DNA of 64,000 nucleotides from positions 238,020,001 to 238,084,000 of the forward strand of contig NC_086097.1 in NCBI RefSeq assembly GCF_963921235.1, read 5' to 3'. Below, one piece after another: positions 12,190 through 24,504 of the stretch (position 1 is the first letter of the stretch; each line of letters begins with the position of its first letter). The notes under the pieces are model-generated. The model worked only from the letters and a program-made list of their open reading frames with translations. It did no database searches and was not told the origin of the DNA. The translations under genes and the position numbers were made by a program. The DNA comes from Mobula hypostoma (Eukaryota).

Positions 12190-14338
12190 TCCTCCACAGT
12201 GGAGACTGAGGCAAAATACTTATTAAGTTCTTCTGCCATTTTCCCATTACTACCTGAGTAGCGTAATTTTCCAGCAGCCCAATATCTACTCTCATCCCTT
12301 TTTTTCTCTTTATGTATCTGGAAAAAAATGTCTGTTATCCTCTCTGATCTTATTAACTAGCGTAACTTCACATTTCATTTCTTCATCACTTGTAGTTTTT
12401 TTAGTTGTCTTCTGTTAGTTTTTCAAAGCTTCCACTCCTTTAACTTCCCACTAATTTTTGCAATATTATATGACATTTGCTTTTATGCTATCTTTGACTT
12501 TCGTTTTTCATCCTGGCCTTCTGAGTTGCCACCAGAAACTCCAGCCATTGCCATTTTGCTGCGATACCTGTGAGTATCCATTCCAATCAACTTTGGCCAC
12601 CTCTTCTCTCATGCCTCTGCAGTGCCCTTTACTCGACTGTAGTACCAATACATCTGAGATCATCTTCTTCCTCTCAAACTGTAGGGTGAATTCAATTATA
12701 TTATGATCACTGACTCCTAAAGGTTCTTTTACCTTAAGCTCCCTAATAAAATCTGATTCATTATTCAACACTCAAATGAGAATTGCCTTTCCTCTAGTGG
12801 GCTCAACTGCAAACTGCTCTAAAAAGCCACCTTGTAGACATTCTACAAATTTCCTCTCTCTGGATCCGGCACCAGCCAAATTTTCCCACTCTACCTACAT
12901 GACTAATATAACATTGCTCTTATTATGTACCTTTTCAATTTCCCAGTGAAGTTTATATCCCTCATCCTGACTACTGTTCAGAGGCCTGCATAGAATTCCC
13001 ATCATGGCCTTTATACCCTTGCAGTTTCTTAACTCTACCTACAAGAATTCTTCATCTTCCAATCCTGTGTCAACTCTTTCTAAGGATTTAATTTCAGTTT
13101 TCATTAACAGAGTTATTTCACACCCTCTGCCTATTTGCTTGTCCTTTTGACACAAGGTGCATCCTTGGATGTTAAGCTCACAACCATGATCTCCTTCCAG
13201 CCATGACTCAATGATTCCCTGAATGACATTCTTGCAAATCTCTAACTGCGCTACCCTATCCCAGGTCTTGAGTGCATTTAAGTCTAACATCTTCAGTCCT
13301 GTACTCATCACTCTTTTCCATTTGCCCTTATGTTACTTGTCAATTCATCCCACTGACTGCACTTTTGCTCTATCATCTGCATGTCCTTCCTCCCAGTTCC
13401 ACTACATACTGCATCAACTTGTATACCAACTGCCCCCATCTTTAGCTCTATCACTTCAGTTCACATCCCCTTGCCATTTAGTGTAAACTCTCCCCGTCAG
13501 CTCTAGCAAACCTACCTTCAAGGATGTTGATCCCCTCTGTTTCAGGTATAACCCATCCTTTTTGTACAGGCCCTACCTTCCCCAGAAAATATCACAATGA
13601 TTTAGAATTGGAAAGATCAGTTCTTCTTTTACTTCTTGAATTCACTGTAAATTTATGCTTATAATTAACAATCATGCAGTTTTCTTTTAACTAAACTATT
13701 ATTTTACATTATTTAAAATAAAATTAACTTATTTAATCCATTTCTAATATTTTTCAGTGGCTTTGAACATGTAAAATAATTTTCACTTTAAGCAGCAATA
13801 TTCAAATCAGTATTAATTTCTACAATCTGTTCTAGGTGACTCACCATGTGGAATATATATGGTGAATGTCTGGGGCACTGTAATGAAATATGTCACATCA
13901 GAAAAAGCACTAATTCAAACTGCAAAAAGTACTAATTCATCACATGTTTCGGCAAATGGTGTTTGAATACATTTGCATTTGAAATCAGAGTCCTTATTAT
14001 TACATTTCCAAATGTTATTTATATCAGAACAAATGACGAAGTTAACTTTCAATAATTATGAAATTAAATTTACAAAAATGATTTTTACAAAATTGACATT
14101 TTAATTAATGTTTCCAAATTTCCCACTAGATAACCTTGATAAAATTAAACTAAATTTATGGAAATACAATGGGTTTTGCTTACAAGAAAGAATTTTATTG
14201 GTTCCTTTAGTGATATAATATGAGAATGACTGAAAACATACGCTCTGTCACAGTAATGTTAGAAATACACCTATGTGGTGTCAGTAAGAGAGGTTTCAAT
14301 GAGGGCACATGCTCACAGAGAAGAATGGGGCATATGTA

Positions 14339-14890
14339 CTTATTAAGTACACTTGGAGACCTACTTGTTAATGCAACTATCTAATCAACCAATCATATGG
14401 CAGCAACTCAATGCATCAAAACATGCAGACATGGCCAAGCTGTTGCTCAGACCAAACAATGTAACGAGAAAGAAATGTGACCTAAGTGACTTTGATCATG
14501 GAATGAATGTTGATGCCAGATAGGGTGGCTTGAGTATCTCAGAAACTACTGGTGTCTGGCAGTTTCACGTACAACAGTTTCTAGAATTTACAGAGAATAG
14601 TGTGAGAAACAAAAAAAAAGTACCCAATGAGCAGCAGTTCTGTGAGGAAAAATGCCTTGTTATTGAGAATGGTGAGAGGAGAATGGCCAGAACAGTTCAA
14701 GCTGACAGGAAGGCAACAGTAACTCAAATAACCATGCATTACCACAGTGGTGTGCAGAGGAGCATTTCTGAATGCACATTACATCAAACTTTGACATGGA
14801 TGGGTTTCAGCAGCAGAAGATCATGAACGTATGCTCAGAGGCCACTTTAGTTGGTACAGGAGAGACCTAATAAAGTGGCTACCAGTTGTA
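14339..14890 (+). mobile_element. Internally deleted Tc1-like transposon
   Basis: ORF 14530..14826 ERRMARTVQADRKATVTQIT..SISECT...MGFSSRR (Tc1 DNA-binding region); terminal TAATAAAGTGGC. Confidence 0.8.
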
Positions 14891-15099
14891 ATATGTAAAT
14901 TGACATAGAAGCAAAACTGGTATCATTTGGGGCTTGAGAATATTAATGCTTGTGTTATCTGTAACCAGATACAGAATAAGACATTGAGAATTAAATTTTG
15001 CAAAAGACAAACAAGGAAAGCCAATATAAAACATGATGAAATTGAGCATAATAAATAATAAACAAGAAATTAGTCTGGAGAGAGAGATATATAAAAAAA

Positions 15100-15498
15100 G
15101 GATAGAGAGGGTTATGGGACAAGTGGCAGAGAAGGTTGGGGGAGTGGGTGTGGTGTGGGCCCAGACACATCCAGCCCTGAGACACTTGGGAAAGTTAATT
15201 TGATTCCAAACAAGTGGCTTATCAATTATTAGAGAATGTCTCACTGGTGCTTCCTGCTCCCTCCCCTTTGCCTTCCACTTTCTCCAGCCATGATTCCTCT
15301 CTTCCAGCCACTTTCCCAATCTCAGCCCACAATAGCGACCGATATCAGAATTAGGTTTACCACCACTTCCATTTGTCATGGTTTGCTTTCGTTGTGGCAG
15401 CTGCACAGTGCAATACATAAAAGTACTGCACCACTGTGCAAAAGGTCCTGGGCATCCTAGCTCTTTACATGTGCGTAAGACTTTTGCACAGTAGTCTA
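15100..15498 (-). mobile_element. Partial copy of the composite mini-MITE-bounded element
   Basis: Reverse-complement homology to 48332-48730; palindromic mini-MITE at ~15427-15498. Confidence 0.7.
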
Positions 15499-16051
15499 CA
15501 TTCTGTACCCAGCCTCTCTGCCTTTTGCCGCTTAAAGCTCAGATATGTATTCATCTAAACAGGGTAACTGACTTTGATGAAAAATTGAGTGCAGAACTTC
15601 ACTATTTTTAAATAAATAATATTAACTCAGAGTAGCAGAGAGAGAAAGCAGATTGCAAAAGAAAATTAAAATCTAGGATTGTAAATTATCAAGATCTCTA
15701 ACAACTATTTAGAAATGAGACAGCATTTTCAAAGACTCTGGGTTAGAGGTTGAGCAAAATTATTAGAAAATAAACGTGTTCATTAAAAGCTGTAATTTTT
15801 AAATTGGCAATTAAGAAGCAATGTAGCAATTTCTTGAAACTCATGTAGAGGTTAAGGGTGACCTATTATTTCCAGAAGGTAACCACAGAACACTGCAAAT
15901 AATTCATCAATTTGCGACGGTTCGCTAGTCTTTGCACAGAAAGTTACTGAATAATTTCTACAACACGAATAATGGCATGTTGTATTAAACATGCCAAAAT
16001 TTTTGACAGTAAATTTTGACTCAATGTTTTTTTCCTGTCCAATACTTTGCA

Positions 16052-16347
16052 ACATAGCACAATCGCTTTACAGCACCAGCGACCACTGATTGGGGTTCGA
16101 TTCTCTCCACCGTTTGTAAGGTGTTTGTATTTTCCTCTCTGACTGTGTGCTTCCTCCCACATTCCAAAGATGCACAGGTCAGGTCAGTGAGTTGCAAGCA
16201 TTCTACGTTGGCACCAGAAGCGTGGTGACCTTTGCGGACAGCTCCCAGCAAAATCCTTGGGCTGTGTTGGTCTTCCATTGCAAAATGATGCATTTCACTG
16301 TATGCTTCGATGTACACGTGACAAATAAAGTTAATCTTTAATCTTTA
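16052..16347 (+). mobile_element. tRNA-derived V-SINE-like element
   Basis: B-box GGTTCGATTC; TTCCTCCCACATTCCAAAGA central motif; AATAAA plus short-repeat tail. Confidence 0.7.
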
Positions 16348-16454
16348 GATACATAATCAGATATAACTTAATCATTCATGAAAGTATGAATCACTCCAGT
16401 GATCTGTTACATTTGTCCTCAAGTCATCGGCAACTCAGTACTCTAGAGGCATCA

Positions 16455-16860
16455 AGACCATAAAACCATAAGATATAGGAGCAAAATTAGGTCATTTGGC
16501 CATTTCATCATGGCTATTACATTTCCCTCTCAGCCCCAATCCTTCACCCCATATCTCTTCATGCTCTGATTAATTAAAAATTGATCAACCTACGCCTTAA
16601 ATGTACTCAATGATTTGGCCTGCATAGCCATCTGTGACAATGAATTCCACAGATTCTCCACTCTCTGGATAAAGAAATTCCTCCTGGTCTCTGTTCTCAC
16701 TGACTACTCCTCCATTCTGAGGCTGTGTCTTCTGGACTTACACTCCCCCAACATAGGAAACATCTTCTCCACATCTACACTGTTGAGGCCTTTCAACATT
16801 CGATAGGTTTGAATGAGACCCCCCCCCCCCGCCGACTCTTCTAAATTCCAGTGAGCACAA
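16455..16860 (-). mobile_element. CR1 3' fragment
   Basis: Antisense EFHRFSTLWIKKFLL signature; (ACCATAAG)-type tail. Confidence 0.85.
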
Positions 16861-17127
16861 GGATGGAGATTTACCCGCGAGTACAGTATACGGACAATTG
16901 CCTCTTCAAATTCACGATGGCCTTCCAGAGGTCATACCTGGACTTCTTCTACGTATGCAGTCAACTTGCTGTACCAAAGCAGCAAAAATTGTTTTCATAT
17001 CCTCATCTCTAAAGAGGAAGTGACCATTGAACCAAACTACTGCCAGGCATCACCCACAACAATGACAGCACTGAGTAAACAGCAGGTCCTCAGCTTCTTT
17101 AATGCCAACTTTGAACTTCCAGTGTAA

Positions 17128-17765
17128 CTCACTCAAGACACTGGAGGAATTCAGCAAGTCAGGCAGCATCTGTGGAAAAGAGTAAACAGTCGACATTTCG
17201 GGCTGAGACCCTTCTTCAGGACTGAGAAGAAATGAGCAAGGGAAAGAGGCTAGCTGGAAAGTGATAGCTGAAGTCAAATGGTAGCAAAGGTCAAGGGCTG
17301 GAGAAGAAAGAATATAATATTGCTTTGTACTGTTGTAACTATATGTTATAATTATGTGGTTTTTGTCAGTTTTTCAGTCGGTTTGTCTTGTGTTTCTGTG
17401 ATATCATTCTGGAGGAACATTGTATCATTTCTTAACGCATGCATTACTAAATGACAATAAAAGAGGATTGCGTGTCCTCATAATCTAATCTAATCTAATA
17501 ATAGGAGAGCAGAGTGGACAACAGGAGAAAGGGAAGGAGGAGGGGACCCAGGGGAAGTAATAGGCAGGTGAGGAGAAGTAAAAGGTCATAATGGGGAATA
17601 AAGGAAGGGGCGGCAGATTTTGTGCACCAGAGGGAGAAATCGATATTCATGCCATCAGGTTGGCTGGTACAGAATATAAGGTGTTGCTCCTCCACTCTGA
17701 GGGTGGCCTCATCTTGGCATAAGAGGAGGCCATAGATTGACTTGTTGGAATAGGAATGGGAATTT
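17128..17765 (-). mobile_element. Penelope-like 3' fragment (GIY-YIG C-terminus + terminal repeat with hammerhead motif), interrupted at 17318-17499
   Basis: GLLLCQDEATLRVEEQHLIF...QPDGMNIDFS; CAGTC-CTGAAGA-AGGGTCTCAGCCC-GAAATGTC-GACTG at 17187-17224 (-). Confidence 0.85.
17318..17499 (+). mobile_element. 3' tail of the (CTAAT)n retroposon
   Basis: Matches reverse complement of 156-226 + 471-600. Confidence 0.8.
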
Positions 17766-18689
17766 CCAGTGGTCGAAGGTATGGATACCAGCACATCTGC
17801 ATGCTGATGGTCCCAAGCTAAAATGAACTGGTCAATGCATAAAGTACTTTCAAAAGGCTGTGTGCCGCATGCAGTCAAGCTGGAGGAAGTGGCAGCAACT
17901 TTATACTTTGGTGAAATCACACACTTACTTCGACTCCAGCATGAGCACACACATATCTCACACGTAGAATATCTGTTCAGTCCTGTGAGGCAAATCATGC
18001 ATGTTGCAATACATTTGCTCTATTACAAGAAAAGTTTTAATCAAACTCGAAGGACTTCAAATTTCACAAAGGCGGTTGCTTAGGTGAGAGAGAACATGCA
18101 GATAAGGGATAAATTTTAAGAAATGACAATGACAGATTAAGGTATGATTATTAGTATTTTTAGATTTTTATAATTAGATGCCTCACCATTTGATCTGTAG
18201 GTAGGTGAGCAATAAAGTCAGTTTTTTATATCAAAAAAGCTAATTCGAGAAAATAGAACACAACAGCACAGTACAGGCTCTTCAGCCCATAATGTTGTGC
18301 TAACCCATTAAACTTCTCTGAGACCAATTTAACCCTTTCCTTCTGCATATCTCTCCATTTTTCTTTTGAGAGCTGACTTGATAGAGGATTGTCAGTCAGG
18401 AATTTTCAAAATAGCTTATAAAGTTGCAGGTAACTCTTTCTTAAATCTGAAGACAGACTGTGGCTTTTGTATTTTGCATCAAACAATCACCTCGCTTGAG
18501 ATGACCTACTCTTCAAACAGTTGCTGTCCCTTTCACCACCCACAGGCAATACTGTAAATTAATGAGATTCCCTACAGCAGTTCTGCTATAGTACAGCAAG
18601 TTTACCGAGTTCATCACCACACCGACATCGAGGACACGTTGTTACACACAGAGGAATCTTGTTTGCTCACTTCTAGCTTTCCCTGCCTG

Positions 18690-18884
18690 TCCATTGCCGG
18701 CACTCCTCTGCCACCTGCCCCATGCTCTTCTCGCGGTTCTCCACCCTCACAATTCCCAACATCCTTTACTCCCGCCAGATTTACAAACTCGCTATCTGCT
18801 CCGCGTTGACAAGTACAGTACCGTGCAAAAGTCTTCGGCACTCTGGCTATGAAAATGTGCCGAAGACTTTTGCACAGTTTTGCA
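18690..18884 (+). mobile_element. Right end of the composite element with a mini-MITE (perfect 19-bp inverted arms 18823-18841 / 18857-18875)
   Basis: GTGCAAAAGTCTTCGGCAC / GTGCCGAAGACTTTTGCAC; upstream sequence matches 48690-48817. Confidence 0.8.
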
Positions 18885-19172
18885 TTTGTTCAGTCAATGT
18901 GTTCAGTTAATGGAGTCAACTGATACTATTACCTCAGCTGATTGTTGTCATTTGAATCAAATGTAATCTATTTTGTTCACCTTTACACATCACACATGAC
19001 ATGCCAACTTCTCATTGCTGCCATCAGGGAGGAGATGCAGGAGCCTGAAGACACACACTCAACATTTTAGGAATGATCCAACCCATGACAACTATGTCAT
19101 GACTTCTTTGCTCTCTTTTTGCACTACTTGTTATATGTAGATACTATATATTTCTTTTCGTATGCAACACGC

Positions 19173-19755
19173 TGTAAGGTTTCACTGCTAAGGCTAATGT
19201 AATGGCTTCTATGTAATGTTTCACTGTTAAGGTAATGGTTTCCCTGTAGCAGCAATGTTTGGGTTATGGCTAGAGATAATGAGACTTTGGAATGTATGTA
19301 ATCCAATGGGAGAAATTTCGTTCTTTCTTCTGAGTCTGGGAAGAGAGATTTTCGCGGTCTTTCATTGGGGAGCGATGGAGAGAGAGGACGCGATGGAGAG
19401 AGTCAGAAGGCCATCGGTCGGATTGGACTGAGGAGCGAGGGTCCGAGGGCTGGCTACACTTGGAGGTCGACGGGAACAAATGAACGAACAATGGGCTCCA
19501 ACGATGCACAATAGGCTTTTTCCTTAAGATGGGCCCTTCTACTTTTTATTTTCTTTACTAACCCTCTATCCAGATTAAGATTTATAAAGTTCAATCATTT
19601 AATTGCATAAGGTGTACTGTCTGATATATTGCGGTGTGGATTTGTAACTGGGAACAAATCACGTAGCCTCCACACAAACGAGATTTCTCAGTTTGGCGGG
19701 GCCAGAAGTTGTCTTCCCCCAGACGAACATGTGCTGGCCGAGCCTGAGGGTTACA
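19173..19755 (+). mobile_element. Probable solo LTR (~583 bp) inside a Rex1-type 3' tail (19005-19848)
   Basis: TGTAA...TTACA termini and host tail resumes after it. No clean TSD; orientation tentative. Confidence 0.6.
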
Positions 19756-19924
19756 CCTAGTTTGTAGTATTTTTAATGCATTGCTCTGTACTGCTGCCAC
19801 AAAACAACAGATTTCACACCATAAGCCAGTAATAGTGATTCTGATTCCTCGAGTAACTTTATCCCATTCTTTGAAATGATTGCTATTCTACTTTGCCCGA
19901 GTTGCTTCTTTCTGGTTAGGAGGC

Positions 19925-20850
19925 ACAAAGTGTGATGGCCTTCATTAGCTGGGGAATTCAGTTCAAGAGCCCTGAGGTAATGTTGCAGGTCGATAAGACT
20001 CAGGTTAGAGCAGACTTCTGGTCATTTCAAGGTTTGAAGGAGATTTACCAGAGTGATGGCTGGATTAGAGAGCAGGCCATATGAGGGTCGGTTAAATGAA
20101 CTAGGGCTTTCCTCTTTGGAGCGAAGGAGGATGAGAGGTGACTTGATAGTGGTGTACGAGATATAAAAGGCAGAGATCGAGTGGACAGCCGAAGACATTT
20201 TTCCTCAGGGCAGAAATGGCTAATGTGACGGGAAATAATTTTAAGGTGATTGGAGGGGGTTGTCAGATAATAGACAACAGACAATAGGTGCAGGAGTAGG
20301 CCATTCGGCCCTTCAAGCCAGCACCACTATTCACCATGATCCTGGCTGATCTTCCACATTCAGTACCCCATTTGCTTTCTCCCCATTTCCCTTGACTCCA
20401 CTATCTTTAAGAGCTCTATCTAACTCTTTCTTGAAAACATCCAGAGAATTGGCCTCCAACTGCCCTCTGAGGCAGAGCATTCCACAGATGCAAGTTTTTT
20501 ACACAGAGAGTGGTGGATGCATGGAAATCGCTGCTGGCAGTGGCGATAGAGGCAGGTATATTAGGAGGTATTTAAGAAACTCTTGAATAGGCACATGGAT
20601 GACAGAAAAATGGGGGAGTATGTAGGAGCAACACACATCAAAGTTGCTGGTGAACGCAGCAGGCCAGGCAGCATGGCCTGCTGTGTTCACCAGCAACTTT
20701 GATGTGTGTTGCTTGAATTTCCAGCATCTGCAGAATTCCTGTTGTTTGGAGTATGTAGGAGGATTGATCTTAGAGTAGGTTAAAAGGTCGGTACAATGTT
20801 GTGGGCTGAAGAGCCTGACCTGTATAGTAACAATCTTTGTTCCATGTTCT
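19925..20850 (+). mobile_element. CR1 3' fragment hosting two younger insertions (CR1 tail 20268-20489 -, Penelope fold-back 20628-20747)
   Basis: [37 protein letters not shown] resumes after the insert. Confidence 0.8.
20628..20747. mobile_element. 120-bp fold-back Penelope-like insertion with 13-bp TSD
   Basis: GGAGTATGTAGGA at 20615-20627 and 20748-20760; ~40-bp inverted arms. Confidence 0.9.
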
Positions 20851-20904
20851 ACTCATTCGACAGCCCCTCAGGGATGAGAATAACTTGCATCCACTCCAGT
20901 TTTG

Positions 20905-21300
20905 TGGGCATACTGTTTACACAGATCGAACTGTTATACCAAGCATTCAGCCAGAATAAAGTAAAACAACAACAATGCAGAATAAAGTGTAAAATCTACC
21001 AAAAGAGTGCAGTGCAGGTAAACATTAAAGTGCAAGATCAGAACAAGGTAGATAGTGAGGCTAAAAGTCCAGCTTTTTGTACAAGAAGTTCACTCAAGAG
21101 TCTGTTAACATTGGGATAGAAGCTGGCCTTGAACCTGGTGGTACATGCTTCCAGGCTTTTGTAGCTTCTTCCCAGTGGGAGAGGGGAGAAGAGCGAATAT
21201 ATGGGGTGGATGGGATCTTTGACTGTGCTAGCTGCTGTACTGAGTTAGTGAGAAGTGTAGACAGAGTTCATAGAGGGGAACCTGGTTCCCATGATGTGCT
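20905..21300 (-). mobile_element. Rex1/Babar-type 3' fragment
   Basis: Antisense GAAGCTG.CCTTGAACCTGGTGGT...CTTCCC signature shared with 28150-28200 and 32590-32650. Confidence 0.6.
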
Positions 21301-21535
21301 TGCAAAAGCCTTGTTCGATAAAGAGATGGGCTCAGTCCTCCTGCATCACAACTGTTTGCGTCCCACTGTGTGCTTCTCTCTCACAGTTGTCCGGTTCTAC
21401 CCTACTAAATGGCAACAGATGTAATTGCATCCTCACAAGACAAGATCACAAGACAAAGGAGCAGAAGTAGGCCATTCGGCCCATCGAGTCTGCTCCGCAG
21501 CTCCCCCATGAGCTAAACTATTCACCCATCTAGTT

Positions 21536-24504
21536 CTAATTTCCGGCTTTTTCCCCATATCCCTTGATACCCTGACTAATTAGATACCTGTCAATCTCCT
21601 CCTTAAACACCCTCAATGATCGGGCCTCCACAGCCATATGTGGCAACAAATTCCACAAATCCACGACCCTCTGGCTAAAAAAATTTCTCCTCATCTCTGT
21701 TTTAACTGGGTACCCTCTAATTCTAAGCCTATGGCCTCTTGTCCTGGACACACCCACCAAAGGAAACAACCTGTCCACATCTACTCTGTCCAACCCTTTC
21801 AACATTCGAAACGTTTCTATGAGATCCCCTCTCATTCTTCTATACTCTAATGAATACAATCCAAGAGCTGACAGAGGCTCCTCATATGTTAGCCCCTGCA
21901 TTCCAGGAATCATCCTCGTCAATCTTCTCTGAACTCACTCCAACATCAGTATATCCTTTCTAAGATAGGGGGCCCAAAACTGCACACAGTATTCCAAATG
22001 AGGTCTCACTAATGCCCCATAGAGCCTCATCAACACCTCCTTACTCTTATATACACTATTCCTCTTGAAATGAATGCCAACATAGCATTCGCTTTCCTTA
22101 CCGCCAATCCAACTTGGTGGTTAACCTTTAGGGTATCCTGCACGAGGACCCCCAAGTCCCTTTGCACTTCCGATTTTTGAATTTTCTCCACATCTAGATA
22201 ATAATCTGCCCGATTATTTCTTCTACTGAAATGTACAACCATACATTTGTCAACATTGTATCTCATCTGCCATTTCTTTGCCCACTCTCCTAAACTGACT
22301 AAGTCTCTCTGCAACCTTTCCGTTTCTTCAACATTTCCTGCTCCTCCACCTATCTTGGTGTCATCCGCAAACTTGGCCACAAAGCCATTTAATCCATAAT
22401 CCAAATCATCGATATACATCGTAAAAAGAAGCGGCTCCAACACCGACCCCTGCGGAACACCACTAGTAACCGGCAACCAACCAGAATAGGATCCCTTTAT
22501 TCCCACCCTTTGCTTTCTGCCTATCAGCCAATGCTCCACCCATTTCAATATCTTTCCTGGAATTCCATGAGCTCTCATTTTATTAAGCAGCCTCATATAC
22601 GGCACCTTATCGAAGGCCTTTTGAAAATCCAAATACACAACATCCACAGCCTCTCCCTTGTCAATCTTATTCGAGATTACCTCAAAAAATTCCAATAAAT
22701 TGGTAAGGCAGAATCTTCCCTTCATGAAACCATGCTGGCTTCGGCCTATCTTGTCATGCACCTCAAGGTATTTCATAACCTCGTCCTTGAGGATTGACTC
22801 CAATATCTTTCCAACCACCGATGTCAGACTAATAGGTCTGTAATTTTCTTTTTGCTGTCTCCTTCCTTTCTTAAATAACGGAACTACATTTGCGACCTTC
22901 CAGTCCTCCGGAACCATGCCAGAGTCTATTGATTCCTGGAAGATCATTTCCAATGCTTCCACAATCTCCAAAGCCACCTCCTTCAGAACCCTTGGGTGCA
23001 CCTCATCCGGGCCGGGAGACTTATCTATTCTTAGTCCACTTAGCTTCCCAAGCACTTTCTCTCTAGTTATCTTGACTGTACCTAATTCTATTCCCTGATA
23101 CCTCTGGCTATCAGGTATATTGCTTATGTCTTCCACTGTGAAGACTGATGCAAAATACTCATTCAGTTCTTCCGCCATCTCTTTGTTATCCATTATAATT
23201 ACTCCAGCATCATTTTCAATCGGTCCCATATCTACTCTTGTCACTCTTTTACTCTTCATATATTTAAAAAATCTCTTAGTATCCTTTTTTATGTTAATCG
23301 CCAACTTCCTTTCATAATTCATCTTTTCTTTCCTAATGACTTTCTTAGTTTCTTACTGTAAGTTTTTAAAGGTCTTCTAGTCCTCATTTTTCCCACTAAT
23401 TTTTGCTTACTTGTACGCTGTTTCTTCTGCTTTTATTTTTGCCTTAACCTCTCTCGTTAGCCACATTTGTACCATTTTTCCATTCACGACTTTATTTTTT
23501 CTTGGAATATATTTTTCCTGCATTTTCCTTATTTCTTGTAGGAATTTCATCCAATTCTGCTCTGCCGTCCCTCCATTTAGTTTACTTTTCCAATTGACTT
23601 GGGCCAGTTCCTCTCTCATACCACTGTAATTTCCCCTGTTCTACTGAAATATCGATACACCTGATACCAGCTTCTCCTTTTCAAATTTGAAACTGAACTC
23701 AGTCATATTATGATCACTACTTCCAAGAGGTTCCTTTACCTCCAGCTCCCTAATCGCCTCAGGTTCATTACACAGCACCCAATCCAAAACAGCCAGTCCC
23801 CTGGTGGGCTTCTGGACAAGTTGCTCCAAAATGCCATCCTGTAGGCATTCTACAAACTCCCTCTCCTGAGATCCATTACCTTCCCGACTTTCCCAATCCA
23901 CTTTCATATTAAAATCCCCCGTCATTATCTTGACATTGTCCTTCTGACACGCTTTTTCTATTTCCAGCTGCAACTTGTAGTCCACATCCCGACTGCTGTT
24001 TGGAGGCCTGTATATAACTGCTATTAGTGTCTTTTTACCCTTGCCATTTCTTAATTCTACCCATAAGGATTCTACCTCTTCTGAACCTATGTCCCTTCTT
24101 TCTAACGATTTGATATCGTTACTTACCATCAGGGCCACGCCACTCCCTTTACCTACCTTCCTATCCTTCCTGTACACTGTGTATCCTGGGATATTCGGCT
24201 CCCGATCACATCCATCATTTAGCCATGACTCGGTGATGGCCACAATGTCATACCTTTTAACCTGCAGCTGTGCAGGAAGGTCATCCACTTTATTTCTAAT
24301 GCTGCATGCATTTAGGTACAGTACATTTAGATCAGTATCTGTTGTCGATTTTGCTATATATCTATTTTGCAGCAAATTATCCTGTATATTCACCGGCCTG
24401 TCCTTCTTACCATCTTTGCTGCACAGTATTTTTGACTTATTTCTATTTTCCTCTTCCTCGACCCTAACACTTTGGTTTCCTTCCCCTTGCCAACTTAGTT
24501 TAAA
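21536..24504 (-). pseudogene. CR1 ORF2 (EN+RT), disrupted
   Basis: ORFs 23641..24393 (LNACSIRNK, AITESW, GDFN, SDH), 23407..23619, 22030..23322 (KFADD), 21536..21922. Confidence 0.93.

Larger units (their letters stand above)
7855..13610 (-). mobile_element. Decayed CR1 (end of ORF1 to 3' end) in two parts, 7855-9321 and 12190-13610, split by a Gypsy insertion
   Basis: ORF2 remnants RKANAILAFISR, HPRVLKVVVEEIV, KEPLGVSDHNIIEF, GIIESWLEGD; ORF1 end at 13478-13600. Confidence 0.85.

Noticed and set aside
17929..17982. Selenoprotein idea: a phase-0 chain of candidate exons gives an in-frame TGA (HV-D*TDILRVRY)
   Set aside because: The exons are unverified, there is no redox motif or recognisable selenoprotein family, and no SECIS element was seen.
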